Source: Candidatus Poseidoniaceae archaeon (lineage in GTDB: Archaea > Thermoplasmatota > Poseidoniia > Poseidoniales > Poseidoniaceae). Taken from it: 64,000 bases of DNA. The translations under genes were made by a program, and so were the position numbers. The notes under the pieces were generated by a model, which ran no database searches, was not told the origin of the DNA, and saw only the letters and a program-made list of their open reading frames with translations. The DNA is taken from the NCBI GenBank assembly GCA_949372655.1, contig CASIAI010000003.1, forward strand, positions 44,009 to 108,008, in the 5' to 3' direction. Of the stretch, positions 18,802 through 28,434 are shown piece by piece. Numbering within the stretch: the stretch's first letter is position 1; the number at the start of each line of letters is the position of its first letter.

Positions 18802-20073
18802 ATGGCGTTTCGTGACCATCTTGAATTTGCAGAAACTGAAACTACTCCGGTAAGTTTGATTCATGGTATGTGGAAATATTCTAATGAACACAACCATTCT
18901 CTGACTGTTTTTGAACAAATAATAGAAGCACCGGGGCATAAAGCGGCCGTAAATTTACTGACCCGAGAACGTTTGTGTCAGGCTATTGGGATTACTCCAG
19001 AACAGTACATTGATACTCTTGCCTGGGCTATGGAAAATCCTTCGCAGCCGATACTGGTGGATGCATCTGAAGCGGAGTGTTATGAAAATATGCAAGAAGA
19101 AGTAAATCTTGAATTGATCCCAATACCTCATCATTGGCCACAGGATAGAGGAAGATATTCCTCTGCAAGTGTAATTATTGCTGAGTATGAGGGAGTTCGT
19201 AATATGTCATTTCACCGTCAATTCTTGAGAGACTCTAACCATACTGTTGTTCGATTAGTACCTAGACACCTAAGGTCAATGATGCTCAAAGCAAGAGAAG
19301 ATGGTAAGGAAGTGGATATCGCAGTTGTAAATGCTCCCGACCCAGTGGTATTACTTGCAGCAGCAATGTCATTTAGTGATAATATTGATGAATTGACAAT
19401 AGCAGCTGCTCTTCATGAGAAACTGTATTCAAAACCCCTTAGACTTACCAAAATGCCTAATGGGATACAAGTTCCAGCAGATTCCGAATATGTTATGTGG
19501 GGTAGAATTACTTTAGAAAATGATGACGAAGGTCCTTATGTAGACATTACTGGAACAGTTGACGATGTGCGTCAAGAACCAGTCATAGAAATCGAGGGTG
19601 TATTTCATCGCGATGAACCAATATTCCATGCTCTAATCCCCGGAGAGGCTGAGCATAAGACTTTGATGGGTCTTCCTAGAGCGCCTACCATCAAGGATGC
19701 TGTTAACAAGGTCTGTGAGTGCTTAGATGTTCATATGACCGAAGGTGGTTGTGGTTGGTTATCTGCGGTTGTCAAAATCAAGAAAAATAATCACGATGAC
19801 GGAATAAAAGCGATTAAGGCTGCACTTGACGGCCACCGTAGTATGAAAATGGTTACAATTGTGGATGAAGATATTGATATTTCTGACCCTGTAAGAGTCG
19901 AGTGGGCTATGGCTACTAGATGGCAACCAGATAAGGATACAATTATTTTATCTAATCAGAAAGGTAGTTCCTTAGATCCATCTCGTAATGAGGATGGAAC
20001 TACATCAAAAGTTGGATTCGATGCTACCATTCCTTTTGGTTATGATAAAAGTGGATTCATGTCGGTACAATAA
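18802..20073 (+). CDS. UbiD-family (prFMN-dependent) decarboxylase homolog
   Basis: AEYEGVRNMSFHRQ resembles the UbiD N-x-G-x-Y/H-R-x-Q cofactor-binding motif. 423 aa. Confidence 0.45.
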   Translation: MAFRDHLEFAETETTPVSLIHGMWKYSNEHNHSLTVFEQIIEAPGHKAAVNLLTRERLCQAIGITPEQYIDTLAWAMENPSQPILVDASEAECYENMQEEVNLELIPIPHHWPQDRGRYSSASVIIAEYEGVRNMSFHRQFLRDSNHTVVRLVPRHLRSMMLKAREDGKEVDIAVVNAPDPVVLLAAAMSFSDNIDELTIAAALHEKLYSKPLRLTKMPNGIQVPADSEYVMWGRITLENDDEGPYVDITGTVDDVRQEPVIEIEGVFHRDEPIFHALIPGEAEHKTLMGLPRAPTIKDAVNKVCECLDVHMTEGGCGWLSAVVKIKKNNHDDGIKAIKAALDGHRSMKMVTIVDEDIDISDPVRVEWAMATRWQPDKDTIILSNQKGSSLDPSRNEDGTTSKVGFDATIPFGYDKSGFMSVQ

Positions 20074-20084
20074 GAGGTGTTTAT

Positions 20085-21098
20085 TTGTCACAGGATAGTG
20101 GAGATCTACTTCAACATCCTAGGAGAAATCTCGGAAACCGTTATCGTTCACAATCTGAAAAGTTCGTAGGATTAGCTAATAGAGATAGATCTCGATTTGA
20201 TGATAATATGTCATGGGCTGAGCAAAATGCTAGGCAGGCGATATTGCATGACTTTACCGATGAAAGAAATTGGCGTTGTCTTGCAGATATCAAAGTGATA
20301 CTGGGGGATGGTGATGGTTTGTGTGCTGTTCTAGAAGATGTATTCTCAGTACTTGGCAGAGACTCTGAAAATATTGACCAATTGAAGGGAATCGACTTTC
20401 TTAAATTAGGTTTGGAATTATTAGAGGCTGCATTCTCCCGTGACCCACTTGAACCTGATATATGGTGGTCGAATCTGGCAAAGAATGATTCACTGAGTGA
20501 AAATATCGGGGAATTTGTTTCCCGATGTAAGCGACTGGACTTTACAGACCAGCGTGCTAATATCATATTTGGTAGACGTATTGAACGGTTAAGAGATTCA
20601 GGCTATACTGAGATTTTTATCGAATTATCTAAACATCTTCTTGCTCATAGGCCGAATAATCATGAATTATGGATGGAATTAGGTAGACTTCATGAGAGGC
20701 GTGGAGAAGTTGATGAAGCATGGATGTGCTATGATCATGTCCAAAATATTCGAGAACACCTAACACCGAGGGATGAATTCCTTTCTAGACTCACAGGTAA
20801 AATGGATGGTTTGGCCGACAAACCTTGGTCACAACCAACTGTTGAGAAGCGTGACCAATTCTTACAACAGATGCTAGAATTATCACAAAGAGTTTCCAAG
20901 CCAAGCGAAGTTCAAGAGAAAAACTCTAACGAAATTGAAGAATTATCTTCACAACATCCTGACTTACAAAGACTTCAAGACTTAATCAATAATGAAGATT
21001 TTTCCGAAGCGTTTTTCCTAGCAAGGAGACTATTATCTCAAGGCGAAGATTGGGCAGAGGAATGGCTCAGTCGAGCGAAATCTGGTTTTGGTGAATAG
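20085..21098 (+). CDS. Hypothetical helical protein (TPR-like?)
   Basis: ORF only. Its 3' end overlaps the Nudix gene by 11 bp. Confidence 0.35.
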   Translation: MSQDSGDLLQHPRRNLGNRYRSQSEKFVGLANRDRSRFDDNMSWAEQNARQAILHDFTDERNWRCLADIKVILGDGDGLCAVLEDVFSVLGRDSENIDQLKGIDFLKLGLELLEAAFSRDPLEPDIWWSNLAKNDSLSENIGEFVSRCKRLDFTDQRANIIFGRRIERLRDSGYTEIFIELSKHLLAHRPNNHELWMELGRLHERRGEVDEAWMCYDHVQNIREHLTPRDEFLSRLTGKMDGLADKPWSQPTVEKRDQFLQQMLELSQRVSKPSEVQEKNSNEIEELSSQHPDLQRLQDLINNEDFSEAFFLARRLLSQGEDWAEEWLSRAKSGFGE

Positions 21099-21501
21099 AG
21101 TGGAAGAGGAACCAATATTTACCTTAGCATGGGTTACATGTGTAGGTGAAGAACCAACTTTGATGGGAAATGGTGGCCGCGTTTTATTTGTTCATCACCC
21201 ACAACGTGGCTGGGAGATTCCAGGTGGTCACATAAATGATGGAGAAACACCTGAACAAGCATTGCTTAGGGAATTGGAAGAAGAAACTGGTTGTATTGGG
21301 AAATTATTGGCATGGAATAAGGAATATTATCCTAAGGGGTGGGTAGGTCACGTGATTGTTGATTGCCTCGAGAACATGCATCAGTGGCAAGTTGATGATA
21401 AGAATGTCAGTGAAGTAAGATGGTGGTCTGAAGTACCACCACTAATAGAATGGACTAAACAAGAGTTCGATGATTTAAGTGAATGGTGCGTTAATCTATA
21501 G
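21088..21501 (+). CDS. Nudix hydrolase
   Basis: Nudix box GGHINDGETPEQALLRELEEETG. Confidence 0.7.
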   Translation: MVNRVEEEPIFTLAWVTCVGEEPTLMGNGGRVLFVHHPQRGWEIPGGHINDGETPEQALLRELEEETGCIGKLLAWNKEYYPKGWVGHVIVDCLENMHQWQVDDKNVSEVRWWSEVPPLIEWTKQEFDDLSEWCVNL

Positions 21502-21502
21502 A

Positions 21503-22576
21503 TTATAGCATGGTTAAAACAGTAAGTCTTTTGTTCCATTTCTTCTGCATTTCTTCATCTTTAATACATGCTTGAATTATTGCTACAAGCATTGAGTCTT
21601 CGACATTATCTGGATTTGACAATAATTCGTTGAAAAGTTCTAACTTGTTAATTTTAGATGCAATACTTACCATTGCACGTAAATCTGGTCTTTGGTCTCC
21701 AGAATTAGATTTAGGTAATTGTGAAAAGCACCACATGAATACATCTTCAATATCTTGAATATTAGAATCATACTTTGGTTCATCATCTGTCGCACTTCTC
21801 GGCTTTGCGGCTTTTATTTGGACTTTCATACGTTCAGCATTTACATCTATACAATCCAGAGAAAGTTCGATAAATAGGGTTCCAGCCTCTATCGCCATAT
21901 TAGTTTGAAATGCCTTAATTGCATGAGCATGAGCGTTCCAAGCATGCCTTGCAGCATCAAAAATATGGCCTAAAGATGCTCGAATTCTACTCGCACCTAT
22001 CCTTGATATTGCAATTGTCTCATCAGCATGTTCGCCAGTGCGTGAAATTTCTGAGTAAACTGTTAGTGCCATCAGTGGTGCCCCTACAGCCATATGGAAT
22101 GCCGCTTTGTTGAGCAGCGATAAGTCATGGTCTCTACTGGCTTTGGAAACAGACTTTAATCGAGTTTCAGCCCAAGTTAGGTCTTCTTCAGCACCTTCGG
22201 TATCGCCGGATTCAAATCTACTTAGTCCACGCTCCATACGTAATCTTCCTTCTAGTTTCAAGTCTCGGGAGTCTCTATTTTTTGCTATTTCGATTGCCTC
22301 ATTTATTGCCTGTTCCAAGTGTTGGTCGCCTAACATTCTTCGTCGAACAAGACCTAATGTCGCCTTTTCAGCGACAGAAAGTTGATTTTCTACTATTTCT
22401 AAAAGTTCGGCAGCATCTAAGAACATAGCAGCCTCAGCCACCATTAGCCATGATTCAATCTTCATTTCCTCTTTCCATTCTGTTAATTGTTTAATTTCAA
22501 CAGGACCTTTTTCTCGCCACCTTGAGATTAAGAAACCTGGGGAATTTGGAACATCGATATGTGTCATAAATTTCAC
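21503..22576 (-). CDS. Hypothetical alpha-helical protein, last gene of the pfdB-DHH operon
   Basis: ORF only. Its start overlaps the DHH gene stop by 4 bp. Confidence 0.35.
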   Translation of the reverse strand: MKFMTHIDVPNSPGFLISRWREKGPVEIKQLTEWKEEMKIESWLMVAEAAMFLDAAELLEIVENQLSVAEKATLGLVRRRMLGDQHLEQAINEAIEIAKNRDSRDLKLEGRLRMERGLSRFESGDTEGAEEDLTWAETRLKSVSKASRDHDLSLLNKAAFHMAVGAPLMALTVYSEISRTGEHADETIAISRIGASRIRASLGHIFDAARHAWNAHAHAIKAFQTNMAIEAGTLFIELSLDCIDVNAERMKVQIKAAKPRSATDDEPKYDSNIQDIEDVFMWCFSQLPKSNSGDQRPDLRAMVSIASKINKLELFNELLSNPDNVEDSMLVAIIQACIKDEEMQKKWNKRLTVLTML

Positions 22577-23580
22577 TCCTCTCTCTTAATTGATGCAACA
22601 TGGGCAATGAAAGCGGATTCAGCAGCGATTCTATCGGTGTTTCCACTCCATCCTGCAGCACCGCTATGTCCTCCACCATCTCCACCTATTTGTTTTGAGA
22701 CAGACTCCATAATTTCACCGAGATGTATGCCTTTTAGTGTAGTTTTTCTGGAAGCTCTTGCAGTCAATCTGGAGACACCCTCTCGATATCTACTGACCAA
22801 TGAAATTTCTGCACCTGTGCCAATCAGCAATGTTGCAAGACGTCCTTCTAGTGTTCCACTATTTGTGTAAACTATATTCCATCCACCCGAATCTATCGAT
22901 TTAGATCTTTCAAGACCCCTCAGTAAACTTCCTCTTTCACTTGGACTAGTTTCTTGACTTTCAATAAATTCGACCAATGAAGCATAATCAATTTCACTAT
23001 TTTCTAGTAGAGTAACAGTTGTTGAAAATGCAGACTTCCCTGCATGTCGATATCGTCCTGTATCGGTAATTAATCCAGCGAGAAGAAGTTTTCTAACAGG
23101 AGTAGTTAGGGCATCAGGGCTATACTGCGCTAGATATTTAGTAATGATTTCAGTAGTTGCTGAGACACTTGCTTTAATCATTACATCACCACCAGAGATA
23201 TCCCAATCATCGGTATCATGATGGTCAATTACACATTTCGGAATATTTTCTGGCAGATCAATTCCGACTTGAGAAGGAGATGCGGCATCAACTATTATTA
23301 TTCCCGATATTGATGGAGGCCAATTAGTATGACTAGCACCTATTTTACGGAAAGGTGCTGATAGATCTTCACAAACTTTCTTGGCAACTCTCCCAAGGTG
23401 TAGACCACAAGCCATCATATTGCTGTGTGAGGCTGATAAGGCGATTGCTGAGCCAACAGTATCCATATCACCGTTCATTCCGGTAAGTACGGGTACAGCA
23501 CCATTTTCACAATGCTTGTTTATCCATTCGTTTAACTTGCCCATCAAGGCCGATATGTCATGTGTATCCTTTGATGTCAC
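22573..23580 (-). CDS. DHH/DHHA1 phosphoesterase (NrnA-like nanoRNase/pAp phosphatase family)
   Basis: DHH motif VIDHHDTDD and DHHA1 motif GGGHSGAAG. 335 aa. Confidence 0.65.
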   Translation of the reverse strand: MTSKDTHDISALMGKLNEWINKHCENGAVPVLTGMNGDMDTVGSAIALSASHSNMMACGLHLGRVAKKVCEDLSAPFRKIGASHTNWPPSISGIIIVDAASPSQVGIDLPENIPKCVIDHHDTDDWDISGGDVMIKASVSATTEIITKYLAQYSPDALTTPVRKLLLAGLITDTGRYRHAGKSAFSTTVTLLENSEIDYASLVEFIESQETSPSERGSLLRGLERSKSIDSGGWNIVYTNSGTLEGRLATLLIGTGAEISLVSRYREGVSRLTARASRKTTLKGIHLGEIMESVSKQIGGDGGGHSGAAGWSGNTDRIAAESAFIAHVASIKREE

Positions 23581-23891
23581 TGAGATCCCTCTAGAACTTT
23601 CTTTAAATCTTCATATGAAGAAACAAGTTCTTTCTCGCGTGTTTCGAAACGTGACATGTGTTCATTTAGAGATTCAATATCTTTCAGTAAAACTTCATGT
23701 AGAGACTTTCTATCTGCAACTTCGATTAGAACTCCTCCTAATTGTTGATGGAGAGCCAGTTCCTTAGGTTGATTGTTAACAGCCTCAGCAGTTGCTTCCA
23801 ACTCTAATATCTGTGCTTTTAGACCAGCAATTTGTTGTCTTGCCGATTGAATTTCACTAACAATAATTTGAAACTGTTCCATGCTTTCCAT
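23577..23891 (-). CDS. pfdB: Prefoldin beta subunit
   Basis: 104-aa coiled coil with a central QQLGGVLIEV hairpin. Position after L37ae/Pcc1 is conserved in the archaeal exosome superoperon. Confidence 0.55.
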   Translation of the reverse strand: MESMEQFQIIVSEIQSARQQIAGLKAQILELEATAEAVNNQPKELALHQQLGGVLIEVADRKSLHEVLLKDIESLNEHMSRFETREKELVSSYEDLKKVLEGSQ

Positions 23892-23933
23892 AATCTCACC
23901 AATTCATCTCAAAGGGTAGGGGTTGATGAACTC

Positions 23934-24161
23934 TTAGTATTCATCAATAACATCTAGCAGAGAATCTACTGCTATCAAACCTCTAATTCTAGTATTCCAC
24001 ATAGCTCTTAGGTCTTTAGCTTTAGATTCCTTAATTTCAATATTAAAAGAATCACCAGACCAAGTAATCTCACAGTCGGTAATCAAAGCGGCTGAAAGAG
24101 ATTCAGTACATTCTTTATTTCGCGAATGGACATTTAACTTCAATATCCATTCACTAGACAT
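23934..24161 (-). CDS. pcc1: KEOPS subunit Pcc1-like small protein
   Basis: 75 aa. FNIEIKESKAKDLRAMWNTRIRGLIAVDSLLDV resembles the Pcc1 pattern I-x-A-x-D-x-x-A-L-R-x-x-x-N-S-x-L-R (motif written from memory, not checked against any sequence). Superoperon position. Confidence 0.45.
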   Translation of the reverse strand: MSSEWILKLNVHSRNKECTESLSAALITDCEITWSGDSFNIEIKESKAKDLRAMWNTRIRGLIAVDSLLDVIDEY

Positions 24162-24179
24162 TTAGAAACCTCTGTGGTT

Positions 24180-24536
24180 TCACTCTTCTTCAGAGGAAGC
24201 CTCAGTTAGGCTTCTTTCATAGTCAAGAGCTGCTTGTTGAGCGATAAATGCCATATCAGCAGTAGTAGCTCCTTCAACTGAACGTCTTAGAATTCTACTA
24301 TTTGCATCGGATGCTCTTGTATAAGGCTCCCATGCTCCGCCAGCAAATTTGTAATTACACTTGCTACATTCCCAAATCCCTACAGATTTACGAGTAACTT
24401 TTCGATATTGACAAACCGGGCATGTATATTTGGCAGTTTTCTTGGCCAAAGCAGCCCCAGAGTTTCTTCTTACAGATACACCATATCGTGCACCAAATCT
24501 TGCCGTTGCGCCTGCCTTTTGTGTTCGTTTTGCCAA
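24180..24536 (-). CDS. rpl37ae: 50S ribosomal protein L37ae (eL43) with a roughly 40 aa acidic C-terminal extension
   Basis: RFGARYG...CPVCQYRKVTRKSVGIWECSKCNYKFAGGAW. Confidence 0.8.
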   Translation of the reverse strand: MAKRTQKAGATARFGARYGVSVRRNSGAALAKKTAKYTCPVCQYRKVTRKSVGIWECSKCNYKFAGGAWEPYTRASDANSRILRRSVEGATTADMAFIAQQAALDYERSLTEASSEEE

Positions 24537-25322
24537 TCAGTTCCCCTCCTGGTTTGCCACGAGTTTTCGAAGTTCTGCACAGCGTAGCTGGGCTACATCG
24601 AATATCTCTGTGAATTCGGCGGGCGTGAACACCCCTCTTAACCCCTTTTGTAGTGAGTGAAGGTGACCTTCATCTCCAAGGGTGATGTGAATTCGCTCAT
24701 CTCCGCCCAATTCTTCCTCTTCTGAAGGGTCGTAAATGTATCTTCCACCAACTCTTGTGAAAGACGCCATGATAGGAGTTCCTTTGACTTTCAAAGTATA
24801 ATCTTCACCAACATCGAATCTTTCAGCAGGGACAATTGCAGTTCTTAGAGCAGCTATTGCAGCAAGTCCACAAGCATCGAAAATATTTCCGCCGTCAGAA
24901 AGTACATGGATATCAATCATTACTCCCCAGACTTTTTCACCTGGGACAATACATAGGCTTGCCATATCGATACATCCAGATTCACGGATTCCTCTATCGA
25001 CGACTCTACCTAGTTCGATAGATTCCGGAGAAGGAGGTCCTGGTTCATACTTTCTATGAGCCACAGGTCTAAGTTCTGCTCCACACATCAACGAACCTTC
25101 TGCAGGTCTATCAGGCCATGGGGTACGAATTTCGAATTTAACACCAGCATAAACAATAGTTTTACCCATTGTAACCTTGGCAGATCCTTCTGCATTGTAT
25201 AAGCAATCAGTTTCTAGAGTTATTTCCCTTGCTTCGAAGCGTGCACGACCGTCCATTCTTTGGTCCGATTCCGCCATTCTAGCAAGTTCTTGTCTAAGAA
25301 GAGTAGGAACTAATTCTACCAT
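24537..25322 (-). CDS. rrp42: Exosome complex component Rrp42 (RNase PH-like, non-catalytic)
   Basis: RNase PH fold. RMDGRARFEAREIT is the N-terminal signature. Abuts L37ae and shares a 1-bp boundary with rrp41. Confidence 0.7.
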   Translation of the reverse strand: MVELVPTLLRQELARMAESDQRMDGRARFEAREITLETDCLYNAEGSAKVTMGKTIVYAGVKFEIRTPWPDRPAEGSLMCGAELRPVAHRKYEPGPPSPESIELGRVVDRGIRESGCIDMASLCIVPGEKVWGVMIDIHVLSDGGNIFDACGLAAIAALRTAIVPAERFDVGEDYTLKVKGTPIMASFTRVGGRYIYDPSEEEELGGDERIHITLGDEGHLHSLQKGLRGVFTPAEFTEIFDVAQLRCAELRKLVANQEGN

Positions 25323-26050
25323 CAGTTCTCACCTCCTTCATATCTTCTCTTGAGAGCATCAACCATAACTTCATGAATTTCTGCTGCTGCTTTGAAATTA
25401 TATTCCATGGCTAAATTATATTCATCAGGAGATAAGTCGCCGTCCATCTGAAGAAATGCGATCTCTCCAGTATTGGGGAGGATACCGACAGGCAAATCCG
25501 CTTGTCCGTAATTATCTTCAGCTTTGTCTAAGTCAAGTACAACAGTATCTTCGACTTTTCCAGAAGCGACTCCAACGATGAAGTCTCTCATAGGTATTCC
25601 AGCATCTGCTAGAGCAACTGAGGCTGCGGTAATTCCAGCACATCGAGTACCTGCTTCAGCAGCAAGAATTTCGATTTCCACTCGAATTTTAGATCTTGGG
25701 AAGCGTTCCACAAGAACTACTGATTCTAGAGCTTCAGCAGTGACCTTTGAAATTTCTCTGGATCTTCTATTGTACCCAGGTCTAATTCTATCACTCGTTG
25801 AAAATGGAGCCATATTGTATCTAACATCGATAACTGCTCTATCTTGTCTCTGAATCTTTCTAGGATGTGCTTCCATAGGTCCGTATACTGCTGCTATTGC
25901 AACATTCAGTCCTTGCGTAACTATTGCAGAACCATCAGCAGCAGGTAGTATCCCTGCTTCAATAGTAACCGGTCTCATTTCATCTATTTTTCTTCCGTCT
26001 AATCGTAGACCATCTTCTCTTAGTAATTGTACGTCGCCATATCCACCCAT
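25322..26050 (-). CDS. rrp41: Exosome complex exonuclease Rrp41 (RNase PH)
   Basis: [19 protein letters not shown], the catalytic RNase PH core, and [16 protein letters not shown]. Confidence 0.8.
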   Translation of the reverse strand: MGGYGDVQLLREDGLRLDGRKIDEMRPVTIEAGILPAADGSAIVTQGLNVAIAAVYGPMEAHPRKIQRQDRAVIDVRYNMAPFSTSDRIRPGYNRRSREISKVTAEALESVVLVERFPRSKIRVEIEILAAEAGTRCAGITAASVALADAGIPMRDFIVGVASGKVEDTVVLDLDKAEDNYGQADLPVGILPNTGEIAFLQMDGDLSPDEYNLAMEYNFKAAAEIHEVMVDALKRRYEGGEN

Positions 26051-26745
26051 TATTGTTCACCTCTATTTGGAGCATTATTTTCGTGTGCAGAAAGTTCTGC
26101 CTCGAATGTTTCTTTGTGGCCACATCTCTGAGCAATTTCTATTGCTGCACGTGACCATGCGATACCTTGCGCATCGCCGTCAACCCAAACCTTTCCGTTC
26201 TGTCCGACGATTATTCTGCAATCGCTGGCACTTTTGAGTCTTTCAAGTGTTGAATTATCTTTTCCTTTGATTCTATCAATATGATTCACAGGAATTGTAA
26301 GAAGTGCCCCTTGGTTCAGCCTTCTAAGACCAATACCTTTCATTGTTAGGACTACGTTGTGGCATTCATCGACTTCTTGCACACGTGCTAGTGCAACGTC
26401 GCCAATTCCCATATGTTGTCTTGCGGCTCCAAACTCTACTTTCCAAGGTGCTAGTGACATTGGAAGTAATCCTTGAAAGGCTCCATTGATATTCATGAAC
26501 CATAGATTATTTCTAACCTCGGCTACTGTTGCAACTATGAGGTCTCCAGAACGTGGGATGTATGAACTATTTATTGGGTCAACCGATACGGTGCCGTTAA
26601 ATTCTCTAACCCAACCTAACTTGGTTGCAATTATATCATCATCGTGTGCTACTGCACCACTTCCTATTCGCTTCCCGGCGGATGGCCCTATTGCCATACC
26701 CGGGGTCACGAGACGCAGCTCGGCGTCGCTTTGACCTTGGGACAT
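26050..26745 (-). CDS. rrp4: Exosome RNA-binding cap subunit Rrp4 (S1 + KH)
   Basis: S1-like segment [16 protein letters not shown] and KH-like [13 protein letters not shown]. The ORF is open from 26781. Probable start is MSQGQ at 26745. Confidence 0.65.
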   Translation of the reverse strand: MSQGQSDAELRLVTPGMAIGPSAGKRIGSGAVAHDDDIIATKLGWVREFNGTVSVDPINSSYIPRSGDLIVATVAEVRNNLWFMNINGAFQGLLPMSLAPWKVEFGAARQHMGIGDVALARVQEVDECHNVVLTMKGIGLRRLNQGALLTIPVNHIDRIKGKDNSTLERLKSASDCRIIVGQNGKVWVDGDAQGIAWSRAAIEIAQRCGHKETFEAELSAHENNAPNRGEQ

Positions 26746-26814
26746 TTTTTCTTCTCCAAAGCGGGCGAAACGACATCCCATGATAAAGCCGACCCCAAGA
26801 GGACAGTGATTAAA

Positions 26815-27501
26815 TCACATCTCTTTGACTTCTGTTTGTGAGGAAACTTTCATTATCATTCCGATAATTTCTCCCTTCATACCAGCGGGGCACTCTACAA
26901 CACAGGCCCATGAACCGTCTTCCAACCAGCCTTCTTTGACTTGATAGGGGCGTAGAAGACGGTGTGCTGTACCATAACCATTACCAGGAACTTTGAATGC
27001 CAGTCTGATAGTTTCGAATGAAAGAGGAATCAAAACTTTTAGTTTGTCAATAGCCTCTTTGATTTGTAGGTCTAGTTTCTTGAACGGGTCGACAGAGTAA
27101 CGAGATTCATCCAATGCAAGTTCTATTCGAGTTCTTGGATGGGGACTTTTAGATTTTGGGTCTACTGCCTGACTATGTATGTGGTGAATGATTTGCTGAC
27201 GCATACGTTCAACCAATTCTTTACGCTGATTAGTTGTGAGTTGAATACTTCCTTTTGTCAAAATTATTTTAGTGATTTCTAATATATCTTGAGTATTGAA
27301 AGTATTTTCAATAGATTCTTCGGTCGGTCTTTCACCAGAACGGGCATCATGGAATACTTCATCCATCGCTAAAAAATCATCTAAATTAACCGATTCAGGG
27401 TTATTTTTGAAATCATCAACCAAGTCTGGATCGACCAATAGTTCGTATCGCTTTCCACCCTTTTCCATTCGTGCCAAAACTGAATTATCTAGACTAACCA
27501 T
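26815..27501 (-). CDS. sdo1: SBDS/Sdo1 ribosome maturation protein
   Basis: GKRYELLVDPDL...FGTQDILEIT...ILTKGSIQLT matches the SBDS N-terminal FYSH domain. Confidence 0.7.
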   Translation of the reverse strand: MVSLDNSVLARMEKGGKRYELLVDPDLVDDFKNNPESVNLDDFLAMDEVFHDARSGERPTEESIENTFNTQDILEITKIILTKGSIQLTTNQRKELVERMRQQIIHHIHSQAVDPKSKSPHPRTRIELALDESRYSVDPFKKLDLQIKEAIDKLKVLIPLSFETIRLAFKVPGNGYGTAHRLLRPYQVKEGWLEDGSWACVVECPAGMKGEIIGMIMKVSSQTEVKEM

Positions 27502-27554
27502 ATGTCTCCCTCAATGTGCCATCATGTAGGCACTCAATGAGTCTAACGGTTAAA

Positions 27555-28277
27555 TTACTCTTCAAGAGGCTTCAATCTGTCAAGTTGCTTATTGACTTCG
27601 TCTCTGTCTAGAACTCTAAATCCATCCGAATCAATAACAGATACTTCAACAGCATCACGGTTTAGTTCTGCGTCATTGGATACTCTTAGTCCTTCAAGCC
27701 CCATCTTCATCGCTGCGTTTAGGGTCATGTTTTCTTTCCAGTTCTTTTCAAAGTATTCTATCACGGTATTTCTTCCGCTTCCAATAGCTCCTGCATGGTA
27801 TGACTGGTAAGCACCGCTAGGGTCGGTCTCATAGAGGTGAATTCCATTATCGTCAACTCCACCAATCAGTAAGGCTGTACCAAATGGTCTTGAACCACCA
27901 TATTGTGTGAATGATTGCTTAAAGTCACATATTTTCTTGATTAGTACATCAACTGGTACAGTAGCACCATAAGTGATACGATTTACCTGTGCTTCAACTC
28001 TTGCACGGGCAACCAACTGTCTCGCATCAGCGACAAGTCCAGATGTAGCAACACCTACGTGATTATCAATTTTGAACATTTTTTCAATAGATTCAGGGAT
28101 AATCAAACGACTAATTATTCTTTTATCACAAACTAGAACTACACCTTCTTTGAACTTCAACCCTGCAGTAGTAGTTCCTCTTTTGACAGACTCTCTAGCA
28201 TATTCAACTTGGAATAGTCTTCCATCTGGGCTGAACGTTGTAATTCCATGATCGTATCCTCTTCCACTTGGTTGCAT
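27555..28277 (-). CDS. psmA: Proteasome alpha subunit
   Basis: MQPSGRGYDHGITTFSPDGRLFQVEYARE. The ORF is open from 28319. The canonical start is MQPSG at 28277. Confidence 0.85.
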   Translation of the reverse strand: MQPSGRGYDHGITTFSPDGRLFQVEYARESVKRGTTTAGLKFKEGVVLVCDKRIISRLIIPESIEKMFKIDNHVGVATSGLVADARQLVARARVEAQVNRITYGATVPVDVLIKKICDFKQSFTQYGGSRPFGTALLIGGVDDNGIHLYETDPSGAYQSYHAGAIGSGRNTVIEYFEKNWKENMTLNAAMKMGLEGLRVSNDAELNRDAVEVSVIDSDGFRVLDRDEVNKQLDRLKPLEE

Positions 28278-28434
28278 AATCTCACTTATCCCTTCCTTTA
28301 CTCGACACTTTATGAGCATGAGGGTTGATAACTCGTTACCAACTACTCTCGCTATGATAAATCAAACAGCCCGACCCATATAACTCCTACGAGTTTACCC
28401 TCAAATTCTTGAGGTAAGAGTATCTGCGCTTTTC

